A DNA stretch of 64,000 bases from assembly GCA_964439995.1 (NCBI GenBank), contig CAYTQD010000002.1, forward strand, positions 1,567-65,566, in the 5' to 3' direction. This DNA comes from an uncultured Nitrososphaeraceae archaeon. Lineage in GTDB: Archaea; Thermoproteota; Nitrososphaeria; Nitrososphaerales; Nitrososphaeraceae. The position numbers and the translations under genes were made by a program. Of the stretch, positions 61,911-64,000 are shown one piece after another. The notes beneath the pieces were generated by a model. It did no database searches. It saw only the letters and a list, made by a program, of their open reading frames with translations, and was not told the DNA's origin. Within the stretch, counting starts at the first letter, position 1. Every line of letters starts with the position of its first letter.

Positions 61911-62084
61911 ATGCCAACACATGGCTCACTCACGAAGGCTGGAAAGGTTCGAGGTCAAACCCCAAAAATTGAAGGTAGGAAAAGGGTCAATCCAATCGCT
62001 AGGATACGGAACAGAAATAACTTTGTCAAGCGGTTTGAAAAAAGGAGATCGCCGGGCCAACAGAAGTACGAGCGTAGACGGTAG
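61911..62084 (+). CDS. rps30e: 30S ribosomal protein S30e
   Basis: MPTHGSLTKAGKVRGQTPK. Confidence 0.96.
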   Translation: MPTHGSLTKAGKVRGQTPKIEGRKRVNPIARIRNRNNFVKRFEKRRSPGQQKYERRR

Positions 62085-62189
62085 GATTCATTCTCACCTT
62101 AAAAAGCCCTTTAAAGGCTTTCTTCACTATTGTTTCACTAATTTAGGTTAGATTAGTGCTTTTTATAGGTCGAAGGCTATTGACTACAA

Positions 62190-63029
62190 GTGTCCAAAAG
62201 GATTGGATTGATAGGATGCGGGACGATAGGGAGTGAGCTGGCGATAGCCGTCGATAGATCTCATGTTAAGAACGCCAGATTAGTTTTCATATTCGATTCA
62301 ATACCTAAGTCCGCGGTAGCCTTAAGAGATAAACTTATCAAAAATCACCCTTCCATCTTTTCAGAATTTTCAGAACTCGAATCCTCATCTGAATTTAAGG
62401 AGGCAGATATTATAGTTGAAGCCGCGTCCCAGGTTGCGGTTAAAGCATTTGCTAATAAAATCGTTTCATCAAATAAGGCCCTCATGATAATGAGTACGGG
62501 TGCATTGTCTAATGCTAGTTTGTTAGACGAACTGTACGATACTGTCATGAAACATGACGGCCGCATCTACTTTCCAACAGGTGCAATCGCGGGAATAGAT
62601 GCCTTAAGTAGTGTAAGGGACCTTCTCACCTATGTTAGCCTCACGACTACGAAAAACCCTAAATCTTTGGCAGGTGCCCCATTTTTTGATTTAACTAGCA
62701 CCAATCCAGAGGCGATAAAGAGAAGAAGAGTGCTTTATGACGGAAACGCTTCAGGAGCTATCAAGATGTTCCCTACTAACATTAATGTTGCCGTGTTACT
62801 TAGCTTGGTGGGACTCGGAACTGAAAAGACCAGAGTGAGAGTAATAGCGGACCCTAAAACTGATAGAAACGAACACAAAATTATTGCGAGGGGTAAGTTT
62901 GGAGAAATTTTGACAGTCGTCAGGAATGTTCCTAGTCCACAAAATCCTAAAACTAGCTATCTGGCCTCATTGTCTGCTATCGAATGTCTACGTCGAATCT
63001 GCGATTGCAGAATCAGGTTAGGCACTTGA
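62190..63029 (+). CDS. nadX: L-aspartate dehydrogenase
   Basis: GCGTIG, EAAS, GAIAGID, FP.N.NVA, N.H and NPKTS motifs; near nadA/nadC. Confidence 0.94.
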   Translation: MSKRIGLIGCGTIGSELAIAVDRSHVKNARLVFIFDSIPKSAVALRDKLIKNHPSIFSEFSELESSSEFKEADIIVEAASQVAVKAFANKIVSSNKALMIMSTGALSNASLLDELYDTVMKHDGRIYFPTGAIAGIDALSSVRDLLTYVSLTTTKNPKSLAGAPFFDLTSTNPEAIKRRRVLYDGNASGAIKMFPTNINVAVLLSLVGLGTEKTRVRVIADPKTDRNEHKIIARGKFGEILTVVRNVPSPQNPKTSYLASLSAIECLRRICDCRIRLGT

Positions 63030-63126
63030 CAAACAAATTCAACCTTGCTTCTAATTCGCAATGATATATTTTTGACAGTTTATATGGGGTTTTGTTATAT
63101 GTCGTTTTTGGGACGAGGTAGAAAAA

Positions 63127-63390
63127 ATGAGTGACGGAGGATTCAGAAGAAATGGAAATTTGGGCCCTAAACCTGTGGAACCAGGAAAAGAATATGACGT
63201 GCAAATCACTGAGATAAGTAGAAAGGGCGAAGGAATTGCTAGAATACAGGGTTTTGTGATTTTCGTAAAGGATGGCAAAGTCGGCCAGAATGCTAAGATC
63301 AGGATAACACAAATAGGGAATAGATTTGCCACCGCAGAAATTGTTGACGTTACATCTAAGGAAAGCGTTGCTGGCGAAGCATCAGGCTGA
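63127..63390 (+). CDS. Single TRAM-domain RNA-binding protein
   Basis: PKPVEPGKEYDVQITEISRKGEGIARIQGFVIFV. Confidence 0.93.
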   Translation: MSDGGFRRNGNLGPKPVEPGKEYDVQITEISRKGEGIARIQGFVIFVKDGKVGQNAKIRITQIGNRFATAEIVDVTSKESVAGEASG

Positions 63391-63471
63391 TCTTAACGTT
63401 CTTATTATTAGTTCATCTTTTGCATCATGAAATCGTAGGTATTAGGAATTCAGACTCTTTGGTTGGCTGAG

Positions 63472-63999
63472 TTATTTTCTCACTTCATCGACATAAAATA
63501 TCGAATCGTTCGTGTTTCCTAGCTGATTAGCAAGTATCCGCGCGACAGAGAGGGAAAGCAATTGATCGTCAGATCCAGATCCATCTATAGTCCCAGGTAG
63601 TACTAACAACAACCTAATATTTGAACCCAATACGTCAAAGAGTTCTTGGTTAACTGTAGCTGTATATGGCCTCAGCGCACCCCTAAAAATTTCCGATCGA
63701 GCTCGGACAACGCCAGATATCTTCGTTCCCGATGGGCTATCTGGACCTATCAGAATAATCTTTCCGTTTGAATTCCTGTACTTGGCCGGATCGATAGCCG
63801 CATCGGGACACATTACATTTACCGACTCCTTCGTGACCAATGCAGGTACATTGATGAATTTGTCGACCAGGGAGTCCCATTCCTTTCTAGAAAAAGAAAG
63901 AATAGATCGACTATAGTCATAGCTTCCTGTCAGATAAATGACTGCGTCGATAACTCCAAATCTTTTTCTTACCTCATGAAGATGAATCTTCATCTGTTC
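63472..63999 (-). CDS. C-terminal part of a long SDR-like oxidoreductase (runs off the window edge)
   Basis: Frame is open to the window end; FGVIDAVIY, GKIILIG and LVLPG resemble degenerate SDR elements. Confidence 0.6.
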   Translation of the reverse strand, partial: EQMKIHLHEVRKRFGVIDAVIYLTGSYDYSRSILSFSRKEWDSLVDKFINVPALVTKESVNVMCPDAAIDPAKYRNSNGKIILIGPDSPSGTKISGVVRARSEIFRGALRPYTATVNQELFDVLGSNIRLLLVLPGTIDGSGSDDQLLSLSVARILANQLGNTNDSIFYVDEVRK

Positions 64000-64000
64000 T

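Overview
64 kb of housekeeping chromosome from an ammonia-oxidising archaeon (Nitrososphaerota, probably soil-type Nitrososphaeraceae). The assignment rests on 4-hydroxybutyryl-CoA dehydratase, archaeal PoK/PPS CoA genes, egsA, ScpA/ScpB, SepF, S25e/S30e/S8e, Rpo6/Rpo7/Spt4 and two TFBs. The window carries CoA, shikimate/aromatic, pyrimidine (carAB, pyrDK), NAD (nadACX) and purine-salvage genes and a two-component system. I saw no tRNA, rRNA, CRISPR array or mobile element. The main finding is that carB is split by a 22-nt insert (34706-34727) inside the conserved GE|FDYSG motif. The insert folds into a bulge-helix-bulge-type structure whose predicted tRNA-splicing-endonuclease cuts restore the frame exactly, making it a candidate mRNA intron in a core metabolic gene. 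Other oddities: an A10 frameshift in the dephospho-CoA kinase gene, a premature TAA in scpA, a degenerate aCPSF1-like nuclease, an Rpo6 with a repeated Lys/Pro tail, two unannotated small ORFs, an orphan DNA methyltransferase in the aro cluster and an Ebo-like/EgtD gene trio. All protein calls come from motif recognition by eye, not database searches.
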